Part shown: positions 9,473 to 19,291 of the stretch, in pieces
How positions within the stretch are numbered: the stretch's first letter is position 1
How the letters are laid out: each line of letters opens with the position of its first letter
Notes under the pieces: generated by a model
Told to the model about the DNA's origin: nothing
What the model saw: only the letters and a program-made list of their open reading frames with translations
Databases searched by the model: none
Program-made: the position numbers and the translations under genes
Assembly: GCA_947475995.1 (NCBI GenBank)
Contig: CANJNI010000022.1
Coordinates: 2,018 to 66,017 of the forward strand
DNA: 64,000 nucleotides
Reading direction: 5' to 3'
Source of the DNA: Beijerinckiaceae bacterium
GTDB lineage: Bacteria > Pseudomonadota > Alphaproteobacteria > Rhizobiales > Beijerinckiaceae

Positions 9473-10170
9473 GCGGCGGCGACCACGACCATCATCATCA
9501 CGATCACGACCATTGCGAGGACGATCATTGCGATGATCCCACGCACCACCACGGCCACGATCACGGACACGCCCACGCGCCGCCACAGCCCGATGACCGG
9601 GTGAGTTCCTATCACCAGATCCTCGGAATCGCCCTGAAGGAACTGCTGATCGAGAAGGGGGTCGTGACGCCGGAGGAGCTGCGCGCCGCCATCGAGAAGC
9701 GCGAATCCGCCTCCCCGGCCGATGGCGCGAAGATCGTCGCCCGCGCCTGGACGGACCCGGACTATCGCCGCCGCCTGCTCAAGGACGCGAATGCGGCCGT
9801 CGCCGAAATGGGGGTCCCGATGACCACGACCCATCTGGTGGCGGTGGAGAACTCCCCCGCCGTCCACAATGTCATCGTCTGCACCCTGTGCTCCTGCTAC
9901 CCGCGCGAACTGCTGGGCCTGCCGCCCGCCTGGTACAAGAGCCGGGCCTATCGGGCCCGCGTGGTGCGGGAGCCGCGCGCGGTCCTGGCGGAATTCGGCA
10001 CGAAATTGCCGCCGGACGTCGAAGTCCGGGTCCACGATTCCACCGCCGACATGCGCTATCTGGTCATTCCCCGCCGCCCGGCGGGCACCGAGGGCATGAG
10101 CGCCGACGACCTGGCCGCGCTGGTCAGCCGGGACTCGATGATCGGGGTGGCGACCGCAAAGGCTCCATAA
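9469..10170 (+). CDS. Nitrile hydratase alpha / thiocyanate hydrolase gamma subunit, Co-type, with a His-rich N-terminus
   Basis: VCTLCSCYP metal motif, GAKIVARAWTDP, VHDSTADMRY; ATGA overlap with the previous stop. Confidence 0.9.
   Translation: MSGGDHDHHHHDHDHCEDDHCDDPTHHHGHDHGHAHAPPQPDDRVSSYHQILGIALKELLIEKGVVTPEELRAAIEKRESASPADGAKIVARAWTDPDYRRRLLKDANAAVAEMGVPMTTTHLVAVENSPAVHNVIVCTLCSCYPRELLGLPPAWYKSRAYRARVVREPRAVLAEFGTKLPPDVEVRVHDSTADMRYLVIPRRPAGTEGMSADDLAALVSRDSMIGVATAKAP
9481..9576 (+). repeat. His/Asp-rich low-complexity coding tract (15 His and 2 Cys in 32 codons)
   Basis: DHDHHHHDHDHCEDDHCDDPTHHHGHDHGHAH read directly from the sequence. Confidence 0.9.
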
Positions 10171-10399
10171 GGGTCCGGGGAATGCGCGTCCGGAGCCTCA
10201 CACCCCCGTGATCGCGCCCCAATTGCGGCGCTTCGCCACAAAACTGCCTTGCTGGTCGTTCCATGTGATTCTCGAACATGGTAACCCTATGGTTGCTTTT
10301 TGGGGCCTATGGTCGGGGTCAATCCCTATCGGGAAAGTCCCCGGCGTGGACCGACTGTCCGGCCGATTGCTGTTTGAGCCGACCGCATTGGAGCATGCC

Positions 10400-11713
10400 T
10401 TGCTGAAGTCGCAGAACCTCTTGTCCCGCCGCGCCTTTGCGCGCAGCCTTGGATGGGGCGTCGCCACCCTCGCCACCGCCCGTTTCACCGATGCTTTCGC
10501 CGCGCCCGCCGATGGTCAGTGGGGCAATCAGGCCGAATGGGTGCAGAAATACGATGCCGACGAGCGTCTGGCGGTTCCTCGCGCCACCACGCCGCTCCTC
10601 TCGCAGGCCACCGTCGCCCAGACCGAGCAGGCCATTGCGCTGTATCGCGACCTCGCCTCGCGCGGCGGCTGGGGCGTCGTGCCGGCCGGCAGCATGAAGG
10701 TCGGTTCGCGCGGCAACAATGTCGTGGCCCTGCGCCGTCGCCTGATCGCCTCGGGCGATCTGGACGCCTCGACCGGCCAGTCGCCGGTGTTCGATTCCTA
10801 TGTGGAAGCCGGCGTGAAGCGCTTCCAGGCCCGACACGGCATCGGCACGACCGGCGTGGTCGCCCAGCAGACCGTGCAGGCTCTCAATGTCCCGACCGCC
10901 GAGCGGCTTCGCCAGCTTGAGACCAATCTGGTGCGCCTGCGCAGCTTCTCGGGCAATCTGGGCGCGCGCCATGTCATCATGAACATTCCGGGCGCGGAAG
11001 TTCAGACCGTCGAGGGCGGAGTCATCCAGACCCACCATGCGGCGGGCGTCGGCAAGATCGACCGCCAGTCGCCGGTCATGCAGGCCAAGGCGCTGGAAAT
11101 CAATTTCAACCCGTTCTGGACCGTTCCGGCCTCGATCATCCGCAAGGACCTGATCCCCAAGATGCAGGCCGATCCGAACTACCTGACGGACAACAAGATT
11201 CGCGTGATCAACGGGTCGGGACAGGAAGTCTCGCCGCAGTCGATCAACTGGAATTCGATGGAAGCCACCAATTTCCGCTTCCGTCAGGACCCGGGCGGCG
11301 ATTTCAACTCGCTCGGCTTCGTGCGCATCAACATCGCCAATCCTTATGGCGTCTACATGCATGACACGCCCGCCAAGGGCATTTTCGGCGACGACTTCCG
11401 ATTCGTGTCGTCGGGCTGCGTCCGTGTCCAGAACGTGCGCGACTATGTGGCCTGGCTGCTCAAGGACAATCCGGGCTGGGACCGCAACAAGATCGACGAG
11501 GCGATCCGCTCCGGCCAGCAGGTCTCGGTCAAGCTGACGCCCGCCGTCCCGGTTTACTGGGTCTACATCACCGCCTGGGCGAACGAAGGCATCGTCCAGT
11601 TCCGCGAGGACATCTACAAGCGCGACGGCGCCGGCGGCGCGGTCGCGTCCGCCAAGGGCGCCCCGAAGCCGATCAACGGGCAGGTCGTCAGCGACGAGGA
11701 TTTCGACGAATAA
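10400..11713 (+). CDS. L,D-transpeptidase (YcbB/LdtP-like) with a peptidoglycan-binding domain and probable Tat signal
   Basis: TTG start after GGAG; SRRAF twin-arginine motif; PG-binding segment (VKRFQARHG); YkuD motif VYMHDTP...SSGCVRV. Confidence 0.9.
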   Translation: MLKSQNLLSRRAFARSLGWGVATLATARFTDAFAAPADGQWGNQAEWVQKYDADERLAVPRATTPLLSQATVAQTEQAIALYRDLASRGGWGVVPAGSMKVGSRGNNVVALRRRLIASGDLDASTGQSPVFDSYVEAGVKRFQARHGIGTTGVVAQQTVQALNVPTAERLRQLETNLVRLRSFSGNLGARHVIMNIPGAEVQTVEGGVIQTHHAAGVGKIDRQSPVMQAKALEINFNPFWTVPASIIRKDLIPKMQADPNYLTDNKIRVINGSGQEVSPQSINWNSMEATNFRFRQDPGGDFNSLGFVRINIANPYGVYMHDTPAKGIFGDDFRFVSSGCVRVQNVRDYVAWLLKDNPGWDRNKIDEAIRSGQQVSVKLTPAVPVYWVYITAWANEGIVQFREDIYKRDGAGGAVASAKGAPKPINGQVVSDEDFDE

Positions 11714-11733
11714 TCCCCGAAAACAGCCGATCC

Positions 11734-11763
11734 AAAAGCCCGCCCTGATCCGGCGGGCTTTTT
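11734..11763 (+). terminator. Intrinsic terminator, possibly bidirectional
   Basis: aaaagcccgcc-ctgatcc-ggcgggcttttt. Confidence 0.8.
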
Positions 11764-11936
11764 CATGCGTGAACGAATGTGAGCGGAGCGTTTGCCGCCT
11801 TCCAGTTCCGGGGTCGTCATGCTAAAGGCGGTGCGTTCCCGGATCAGAGAGGCCATATATAGACGCCTTCCGCGTCTTTCGCCGCTTTCCGGAGCGTCTT
11901 TCCGCGCTGTTCAGCGCCAATTGGAGCCGGGGCCCT

Positions 11937-13241
11937 ATGACCCAGACCGCCGTCAGGACCAACAGCCTGTCGAACTCGTTCTTCGCCGCGAGCCTTGCCG
12001 AATCCGATCCCGAGATCGCCCGCGCCATCGACCTCGAACTCGGCCGCCAGCGTGACGAGATCGAATTGATCGCCTCGGAGAACATCGTGTCGCGCGCCGT
12101 GCTGGAAGCGCAGGGCTCGGTCATGACCAACAAATATGCGGAAGGCTATCCCGGCCGCCGCTATTATGGCGGTTGCCAGTTCGTCGATATCGCCGAACAG
12201 CTTGCCATCGAGCGCGTCACGCGCCTGTTCGGCTGCAAGTTCGCCAACGTCCAGCCGAACTCGGGCAGCCAGGCCAATCAGGCCGTGTTCCTCGGCCTGC
12301 TCCAGCCGGGCGACACGTTCATGGGCCTCGACCTCGCGGCGGGCGGCCACCTGACCCACGGTTCTCCTGTGAACATGTCGGGCAAGTGGTTCAAGCCGGT
12401 CAGCTACGGCGTCAGCAAGACCGACAACAAGATCGACATGGACGATGTCGAGCGTCTGGCGAAGGAGAGCAAGCCCAAGCTCATCATCGCGGGCGGCTCT
12501 GCCTATTCGCGCGTCTGGGACTTCGAGCGCTTCCGCAAGATCTGCGACGAGATCGGCGCGATCTTCATGGTCGACATGGCACATTTCGCCGGACTCGTGG
12601 CGGGCGGCCAGCATCCCTCGCCGTTCCCGCACGCCCATGTGGTGACGTCGACCACGCACAAGACCCTGCGCGGTCCGCGCGGCGGCCTGATCCTCACCAA
12701 TGACGAAGATATCGCCAAGAAGATCAATTCGGCGATCTTCCCCGGCCTGCAGGGCGGGCCGCTGATGCATGTCATTGCCGCCAAGGCGGTGGCGTTCGGC
12801 GAGGCGCTGCGTCCCGACTTCAGGGACTATGCGAAGGCCGTGGTGGACAATGCCGCAGCTCTCGCGAAGACGCTCGTGGACGGTGGTTTCGCCATCGTCA
12901 CCGGCGGCACCGAAAACCACCTGATGCTGGTTGATCTGCGCCCCAAGAAGCTCACCGGCAAGGCGGCGGAAGCTGCGCTCGGCCGCGCCCACATCACCTG
13001 CAACAAGAACGGCGTCCCGTTCGATCCGGAAAAGCCGTTCGTGACGTCGGGCGTGCGTCTGGGTTCGCCCGCCGCCACGTCGCGCGGCTTCGGGGTCGCC
13101 GAATTCCGCGAGGTCGGCAAGCTGATCGTCGAGACGCTCGATGGACTTGCGGCCAATGGCGACACCGGCAACGGCGATGTGGAAGCGTCGGTTCGCGGCC
13201 GCGTCCACGAATTGACCCGCCGGTTCCCGATTTATTCGTGA
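11937..13241 (+). CDS. glyA: Serine hydroxymethyltransferase
   Basis: [29 protein letters not shown] (PLP lysine). Confidence 0.98.
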   Translation: MTQTAVRTNSLSNSFFAASLAESDPEIARAIDLELGRQRDEIELIASENIVSRAVLEAQGSVMTNKYAEGYPGRRYYGGCQFVDIAEQLAIERVTRLFGCKFANVQPNSGSQANQAVFLGLLQPGDTFMGLDLAAGGHLTHGSPVNMSGKWFKPVSYGVSKTDNKIDMDDVERLAKESKPKLIIAGGSAYSRVWDFERFRKICDEIGAIFMVDMAHFAGLVAGGQHPSPFPHAHVVTSTTHKTLRGPRGGLILTNDEDIAKKINSAIFPGLQGGPLMHVIAAKAVAFGEALRPDFRDYAKAVVDNAAALAKTLVDGGFAIVTGGTENHLMLVDLRPKKLTGKAAEAALGRAHITCNKNGVPFDPEKPFVTSGVRLGSPAATSRGFGVAEFREVGKLIVETLDGLAANGDTGNGDVEASVRGRVHELTRRFPIYS

Positions 13242-13267
13242 GCGCCGGGCGCGCGGGGGTGTGCTGA

Positions 13268-13756
13268 ATGAGGTGTCCATACTGCGGCAGCCTCGATACG
13301 CAGGTGAAGGACTCGCGTCCGACCGATGACGCTTCGGCGATTCGTCGCCGTCGTGTGTGCCCGGATTGCGCTGGTCGGTTCACGACGTTCGAGCGCGTGC
13401 AGTTGCGCGAACTCACCGTCATCAAGAAGTCCGGCCGCCGTGTGCCGTTCGATCGCGACAAGCTGATGCGCTCGCTCGAGATCGCGCTGCGGAAGCGGCC
13501 GGTCGATCCCGAGCGTGTCGAGCGCATGGTCAACGGCATCGTGCGCCAGCTTGAAAGCAGCGGCGACAGCGACATCACCAGCGACCGCATCGGCGAACTC
13601 GTCATGGAGGGCCTGAAGGCGCTCGACGGCGTGGCCTATGTGCGCTTCGCCTCGGTTTACATGAACTTCCGCGACTCGAGTGAATTCGGCGCCATCGTCG
13701 ATGAACTTGGCGGCGATGATCCGAGGCCGCCGGCCAAACCCGCGAGCCGCGGATGA
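13268..13756 (+). CDS. nrdR: Transcriptional repressor NrdR
   Basis: [25 protein letters not shown]-cone, AYVRFASVY. Confidence 0.97.
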   Translation: MRCPYCGSLDTQVKDSRPTDDASAIRRRRVCPDCAGRFTTFERVQLRELTVIKKSGRRVPFDRDKLMRSLEIALRKRPVDPERVERMVNGIVRQLESSGDSDITSDRIGELVMEGLKALDGVAYVRFASVYMNFRDSSEFGAIVDELGGDDPRPPAKPASRG

Positions 13757-14898
13757 ACGCCCCCGCGCATCCGTCCGTCTCGCAGCCTGCGCAACATCCC
13801 GCAGATGCCGGTTTTATGGCTGAAGCCATCGCGCTCGGCGTGGCGGGCCTCGGTCTTGCGGCCCCAAATCCATCGGTCGGCGCGGTCGTCGTGAAGGACG
13901 GCGTGGTGATCGGCCGCGGCGCGACCCGCGCTGGCGGACGACCGCATGCGGAAACCGAGGCTTTGCGCGACGCCGGCGATGCCGCGCGCGGCGCAACGCT
14001 CTACGTGAGTCTTGAGCCTTGCAGTCACCACGGCGTCACGCCGCCATGCGCGGATGCGATCGTGAGGGCAGGCGTGGCGCGCGTCGTCTCCGCACTGGAT
14101 GATCCGGACACGCGCGTCTCGGGGCGCGGCCACAAGCGCCTTCGCGATGCGGGCGTCGAAGTGCTGGTGGGCGTCGGCGCGCGCGAGGCGAGGCGCGCCA
14201 ATCTCGGCCATATCCTTCGCATCACCGAAGGCCGGCCGATGGTGACGCTGAAGCTCGCCGAGACGGCGGACGGCTTCGCAGCCGGATCGACGCACGACCA
14301 GCGCCTGATGATTACCGGGATAGAAGCCAACAATCGCGTGCAGAAAATGCGCGCCCAGCATGACGCGATCATGGTCGGCATCGGCACGGCGCTTGCCGAT
14401 GATCCGCTGCTGACAGTGCGCTCGTCCGGGCTCGAACATCATCGCCCGCTCCGCGTGGTGCTCGATACGCACCTGCGCCTTCGCAAGCGCTCGCGCATCG
14501 CGGCGACGGCGCATGAGCGCAAGACGCTGATCCTCTGCGGCGCCGATGCGCCGGCCGAACGGCAGATCCTGCTCGAATCCGTCGGGATCGACATCGTGCG
14601 CGTGCCGCTGGATCAGGACGGCCATGTGGACCTGCGGCAGGCTCTGCATGTGCTGGCGAAACGCGGCGTGACGCGCGTTTTCAGCGAAGGCGGTCCGACC
14701 ATCGCGCGTCGTCTGGTCGATCTTGGACTGGCGGACGAAGTGGTCGTGTTTACAAGTCCCAAGCCGCTCGGGCGCGAGGGCGTGCTGTCGCTCGACAGGG
14801 ACACGCGCGATGCGCTGGGCGATGCGATGCGGTTCGATGTGATCGAGGATGGGCGTGTCGGCGTAGATCGTTTGCGGATTTACGAAAGGCGACCCTGA
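13753..14898 (+). CDS. ribD: Bifunctional pyrimidine deaminase/reductase RibD
   Basis: [21 protein letters not shown], reductase domain with SEGG. Confidence 0.95.
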   Translation: MNAPAHPSVSQPAQHPADAGFMAEAIALGVAGLGLAAPNPSVGAVVVKDGVVIGRGATRAGGRPHAETEALRDAGDAARGATLYVSLEPCSHHGVTPPCADAIVRAGVARVVSALDDPDTRVSGRGHKRLRDAGVEVLVGVGAREARRANLGHILRITEGRPMVTLKLAETADGFAAGSTHDQRLMITGIEANNRVQKMRAQHDAIMVGIGTALADDPLLTVRSSGLEHHRPLRVVLDTHLRLRKRSRIAATAHERKTLILCGADAPAERQILLESVGIDIVRVPLDQDGHVDLRQALHVLAKRGVTRVFSEGGPTIARRLVDLGLADEVVVFTSPKPLGREGVLSLDRDTRDALGDAMRFDVIEDGRVGVDRLRIYERRP

Positions 14899-15504
14899 AT
14901 GTTCACCGGACTGGTCAGCGATATTGGCGAAATCGTTTCGGTGGAGCCTCGCGGGCAACTGAGGCGGATGCGGGTTCGCTGCCATTACGAAGCCGAATCC
15001 ATCGCTCTGGGAGCCTCCATCGCGCATTCGGGCGTCTGCCTGACGGTTGTGGCCATCGGCCGTGAGGGCGGCGACACATGGTTCGATGTGGACGCGGCGG
15101 CGGAAACGCTGGCGCTCACCACGGTTGGCGAGTGGCGGGAAGGCCGTCGCATCAATCTCGAACGCTCGTTGAAAATGGGCGACGAACTCGGCGGCCATCT
15201 GGTGCTCGGCCATGTGGACGGCGTGGCGGAAATCATCAACCGGACGTCCTTCGACGGCATGGCGCGCTTCGACATTCGCGCACCTCACGCGCTCGCGAAG
15301 TTCATCGCGCAGAAAGGCTCCGTGAGCCTCGACGGCACGTCGCTCACCGTCAACACTGTGGATGGCGACGATTTCTCCATCCTGCTTATTCCGCACACGC
15401 TCGAAGTCACCACTTGGGTCGAGCGAAAGGCCGGTGACCGCATCAACATCGAGGCCGACATGATGGCCCGCTATGCGGCGCGATTGGGCGAAGTGAAGGA
15501 CTGA
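14899..15504 (+). CDS. ribE: Riboflavin synthase (alpha chain)
   Basis: MFTGLV start, GGHLVLGHVDG, GSVSLDGTSLTVN. Confidence 0.97.
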   Translation: MFTGLVSDIGEIVSVEPRGQLRRMRVRCHYEAESIALGASIAHSGVCLTVVAIGREGGDTWFDVDAAAETLALTTVGEWREGRRINLERSLKMGDELGGHLVLGHVDGVAEIINRTSFDGMARFDIRAPHALAKFIAQKGSVSLDGTSLTVNTVDGDDFSILLIPHTLEVTTWVERKAGDRINIEADMMARYAARLGEVKD

Positions 15505-15562
15505 CGCAGGGAACCTGAGGCTGTGCGGTGCGTTGAAGGCGAACCCTCAACGCCAGAGCTTC

Positions 15563-16651
15563 ATGAAACTCTTTTCCTGCCAGTCCTGAGGCAACATCCT
15601 CTATTTCGAAAACCGCGCCTGCACGAAATGTGGACGCGCTCTGGCGTACCTGCCGGAGCGGCGAGTCTTGTCTGCGCTTGAGCCTGCGGCCGACAATGAT
15701 TGGACGCCGTTGGCCGCACCCGAGGCGCCACGCCGGTTTTGCGCCAATGCGCAGCATGACGCCTGCAACTGGCTGACGCCGGGTGAAGGCGAGGCGTTCT
15801 GTCTGGCCTGCCGCCACAATGAGACGATTCCGGACCTGTCGGTTCCGGGCAATCTGGAGGCGTGGCGCAAGATCGAGATCGCCAAGCACCGATTGATCTA
15901 TTCGCTTCTGCGATGGCGTCTGCCGCTGAAAACCCGCGTGGAAGACGAGCAGCATGGGCTGACATTCCGCTTTCTGGCGGATGCCCCGCAGGATAGCGCG
16001 CCCAAGGTGATGACCGGCCACGACAACGGATTGATCACAATTTCGCTCGCCGAGGCCGACGATGTGGAACGCGAAATCCGCCGGCAGCGGATGAATGAGC
16101 CGTACCGCACATTGCTCGGCCACTTCCGCCACGAGACCGGCCACCACTATTGGGATCTGCTGGTCCGGGATGGCGGCGTGCTCGAAGAATGCCGCTTACT
16201 ATTTGGCGACGATGCGCATGACTATGGCGCAGCGCTGCAACGCCACTATGCGGAGGGACCGCCCGCCGACTGGCAGGACCATTTCGTATCAGCCTATGCG
16301 ACCGTGCATCCGTGGGAAGACTTCGCCGAAACATGGGCGCATTACATTCACATGGTCGACACGCTGGAAATGGCGGGCGCGTTCGGACTGGAAGTGAAGC
16401 CGCTGCTGGATCGTGACGGGGCGCTCGAAGCGCGCGTCAATTTCGACCCTTATGGAGCCCCGACGATCGAGCAGATCGTCGAGGCCTGGCTGCCCTTCGT
16501 GTTCGCGATGAACAGCGTCAATCGCGCGATGGGACTGAACGATCTTTATCCGTTCGTTCTGTCGCCATCGGTGATCGGCAAGCTCGGCTTCATTCACCGG
16601 CTGGTGCAGAAGGAAGTCCAGCTCAGTACGGAGTCCCGTCCTTGTGGGTGA
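15563..16651 (+). pseudogene. Zinc-ribbon plus putative zinc metallopeptidase (DUF2248-like) with an in-frame TGA at codon 9
   Basis: MKLFSCQS*GNILYFENRACTKCG continues in frame into the 15668 ORF; HFRHETGHHY (HExxH) and HPWEDFAETWAHY. Confidence 0.8.
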
Positions 16652-17102
16652 ACTGCCATTTCCCGTCAGGACCCAGAACTGCCACAAGATCGTCGTTCGG
16701 ATAGGTCGCGCCATCGCCCTTCGTGCGGTCGCCGATTTCCAGATAGACCACGTCGCGGTCGCTGCGGTTGATGAGGTGATGCGCGCGCCCGTCCGCCGCG
16801 AAACCCGCGCACATGCCGGCGCGCAATTGCACTTCGCCCTCGTCGGTCGCCAACACCGGATCGCCCTCCAGAATGTAGACGAACTCGTCCTGCTTCGTGT
16901 GCCGGTGCATCTGGGAGGAATAGGCTCCGGGCGCGAGGCGCGTCAGGTTCACGCCGAAATTGGTCAGCCCGAACAAATCGCCCAGCGGACGCTTGAAGCG
17001 GCCCGCCATTCGGCTGCGGAACGGCTCGGGATAATTGCTCGACACCGTGCGGGGCGGGGCGCTTTCGGCCGCGATCGCCAGCGGAATCTTCTGCTCGCTC
17101 AT
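16623..17102 (-). CDS. Cupin domain protein
   Basis: [31 protein letters not shown] cupin motifs; GGAG before the ATG. Confidence 0.85.
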   Translation of the reverse strand: MSEQKIPLAIAAESAPPRTVSSNYPEPFRSRMAGRFKRPLGDLFGLTNFGVNLTRLAPGAYSSQMHRHTKQDEFVYILEGDPVLATDEGEVQLRAGMCAGFAADGRAHHLINRSDRDVVYLEIGDRTKGDGATYPNDDLVAVLGPDGKWQFTHKDGTPY

Positions 17103-17239
17103 GGAAACTCCCGGGGAGGGGCGGCCCTCGCGGGACTTTTGTCCCGCATGCGCCCGATTTCGCTTCGAAAACCCGAAGCCTTGCTCTATTGAACAGGCCG
17201 ACCGGCGGATGCGCAATCCGCGAAAATCCCGGACCTGAT

Positions 17240-17710
17240 ATGGCTGAACCGCATAGAACTTCTGCTGCTCCCGTCCATGTCGACGGAGCGCGTTTCCTCA
17301 TCGTGGAGGCGCGTTTCTACGACAACGTCGCCGACATGCAGCTTGCGGGCGCGCGCGCCGCGCTGGAAGCCGCAGGAGCGCAGGTCGATGTGATCACCGT
17401 GCCGGGCGCTCTGGAAATCCCGACCGCCATTCGCATCGCGTTCGATCAGGTGGATTATGCGGGCGCGGTGGCGCTCGGCTGCATCATCCGCGGCGAGACC
17501 TACCATTTCGAGATCGTCTCGAACGAGAGCGCCCGCGCCCTGATGGACCTTGCGGTCACGCATCGGATGGCGATCGGCAACGGCGTCCTGACGACTGAAG
17601 ACATGCCGCAGGCCATCGTGCGCGCCGATCCCGCGCAACTGGACAAGGCAGGAGACGCGGCGCGCGCTGCGCTCGCGCTCTACCAACTCAAGCGCCGGGC
17701 AGTCGCCTGA
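17240..17710 (+). CDS. ribH: 6,7-dimethyl-8-ribityllumazine synthase
   Basis: [30 protein letters not shown]. Confidence 0.95.
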   Translation: MAEPHRTSAAPVHVDGARFLIVEARFYDNVADMQLAGARAALEAAGAQVDVITVPGALEIPTAIRIAFDQVDYAGAVALGCIIRGETYHFEIVSNESARALMDLAVTHRMAIGNGVLTTEDMPQAIVRADPAQLDKAGDAARAALALYQLKRRAVA

Positions 17711-18162
17711 TGGCCAGGGAAAACCGTTCCGCCGCGCGCCTCAACGCCGTGCAGGCCCTGTATCAGATGGACATCGCCGCCAAGGGTCTCAACGAGATTT
17801 TCGCCGAGTTCGAAACCCACTGGATGGGTCGCGAAATCGAGGGCGAACAATATCATCAGGCGGAAGTCGCGCTGTTTCGCGACGTCGTGGAGGGCGTTCT
17901 GAACCGTCAGGTCGAGATCGACCGCATGACGGATCAGGCGCTTCAGGACGGCTGGCCGCTGCGCCGCGTGGAGGCCGTGATGCGCGCCGTAATGCGCGCC
18001 GGGGTCTATGAGTTGATCAAGCGCGCGGACATTCCGGCTCGCGTTGTGGTCAAGGAATATGTCGATGTCGCAGCGGCCTTCCTCGACCGCGAGGAAGTCG
18101 GCATGACAAACGCTGTTCTTGACCGGCTTGCACGCCAGTTGCGGGCAGGGGAGTTCGACTGA
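17710..18162 (+). CDS. nusB: Transcription antitermination factor NusB
   Basis: R.AARL.AVQALYQM, VVVKEYV; follows ribH. Confidence 0.95.
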   Translation: MARENRSAARLNAVQALYQMDIAAKGLNEIFAEFETHWMGREIEGEQYHQAEVALFRDVVEGVLNRQVEIDRMTDQALQDGWPLRRVEAVMRAVMRAGVYELIKRADIPARVVVKEYVDVAAAFLDREEVGMTNAVLDRLARQLRAGEFD

Positions 18163-18232
18163 GAATACAGCGTCATTGCAAGCGGGTCGAAAGCCCGCAG
18201 GGCAATCGAGTACGTGAGCCAAGAAAGCCGCC

Positions 18233-19210
18233 ATGCAGCTTTCCGAAGATGATCTGATCGCCACCCTTTTCGCCCCGATGGCCGGGCCGGGCGGGCTTGG
18301 GTTGAAGGACGATGCGGCGCTGCTGGTCCCGCCGCCCGGTTGCGAACTGGTTCTGACCAAGGACGCGTTGGTGGCGTCCGTTCACTTCTTCCCCGAAGAT
18401 CCGCCCGATTGCATCGCCCGGAAGGCGCTGCGCACCAACCTGTCCGACCTCGCCGCCAAGGGCGCCGATCCGCTGGGCTTCCTGCTCGCGATCGCCCTGC
18501 CTGCCGGGATCGATGCTGACTGGCTGCGCGTCTTCGCGGCCGGATTTGGCGAGGATTCGAAGACGTACGAATGCCCGCTGCTGGGCGGCGATACGGTGAA
18601 GACGCCGGGGCCTCTCATGATCAGCGTGACGGCGCTCGGCAGCGTTCCCGCAGGGCGCATGGCGCGGCGGACCGGCGCACGGCCGGGCGACCTGATTTAT
18701 GTCTCCGGGACCATCGGGGACGCGGCCCTTGGCCTGCAGGCGCGGCTCGACGCCGCCTCGTTTACGGCGCTGTCCAGTCTCCACCGCGCTCACCTGCTGG
18801 AACGCTACCTGCTGCCACGCCCGCGCAATGCGCTCGCGCGCGCTGTTCGCGATCATGCCAATGGCTCGATGGACGTTTCGGATGGACTGGTCGGCGATCT
18901 CACCAAGATGCTGAAAGTCTCGGGCGTCGGCGCGCAGGTCCAACTGGCGGCTGTGCCGCTCTCTGATGCGGCGCAGGCCGCTATCGCGGCGCGGCCCGCC
19001 CTGTTCGAGACTGCCGTCACGGGCGGCGACGATTACGAGATCCTCTGCACTGTGCCGCCCGAGGCTGCGCTTTCCTTCGAATCTGCAGCCGGGGCTGCTG
19101 GCGTTCCGGTGACGCGCATCGGGCAGGCGACAGCTGGAGCGGGGCCGCAATTCATCGACCTGTCGGGCGCAGGGCGAGTCTTCGCGCGCGGGTCCTTCAG
19201 CCATTTCTGA
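18233..19210 (+). CDS. thiL: Thiamine-monophosphate kinase
   Basis: DDAA, NLSDLAAKGA, GGDT, MDVSDGL, GGDDYE; follows nusB. Confidence 0.95.
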   Translation: MQLSEDDLIATLFAPMAGPGGLGLKDDAALLVPPPGCELVLTKDALVASVHFFPEDPPDCIARKALRTNLSDLAAKGADPLGFLLAIALPAGIDADWLRVFAAGFGEDSKTYECPLLGGDTVKTPGPLMISVTALGSVPAGRMARRTGARPGDLIYVSGTIGDAALGLQARLDAASFTALSSLHRAHLLERYLLPRPRNALARAVRDHANGSMDVSDGLVGDLTKMLKVSGVGAQVQLAAVPLSDAAQAAIAARPALFETAVTGGDDYEILCTVPPEAALSFESAAGAAGVPVTRIGQATAGAGPQFIDLSGAGRVFARGSFSHF

Positions 19211-19291
19211 TCGTTCGACCTTTTTGGGCCTTGGGGACTGCGCCCCGCCGGGCTAGCATCCTGACCAGCGAATACACAACGGAGGGGCGAC

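Noticed and set aside
11770-11936. ZTP (pfl) riboswitch upstream of glyA
   Set aside because: The expected GACUGGCG and GCCUGGGC elements are not found in the leader
15587-15650. Bacterial SECIS after the in-frame TGA
   Set aside because: Only weak, poorly positioned stems; kept as an open question in the findings, not as a feature
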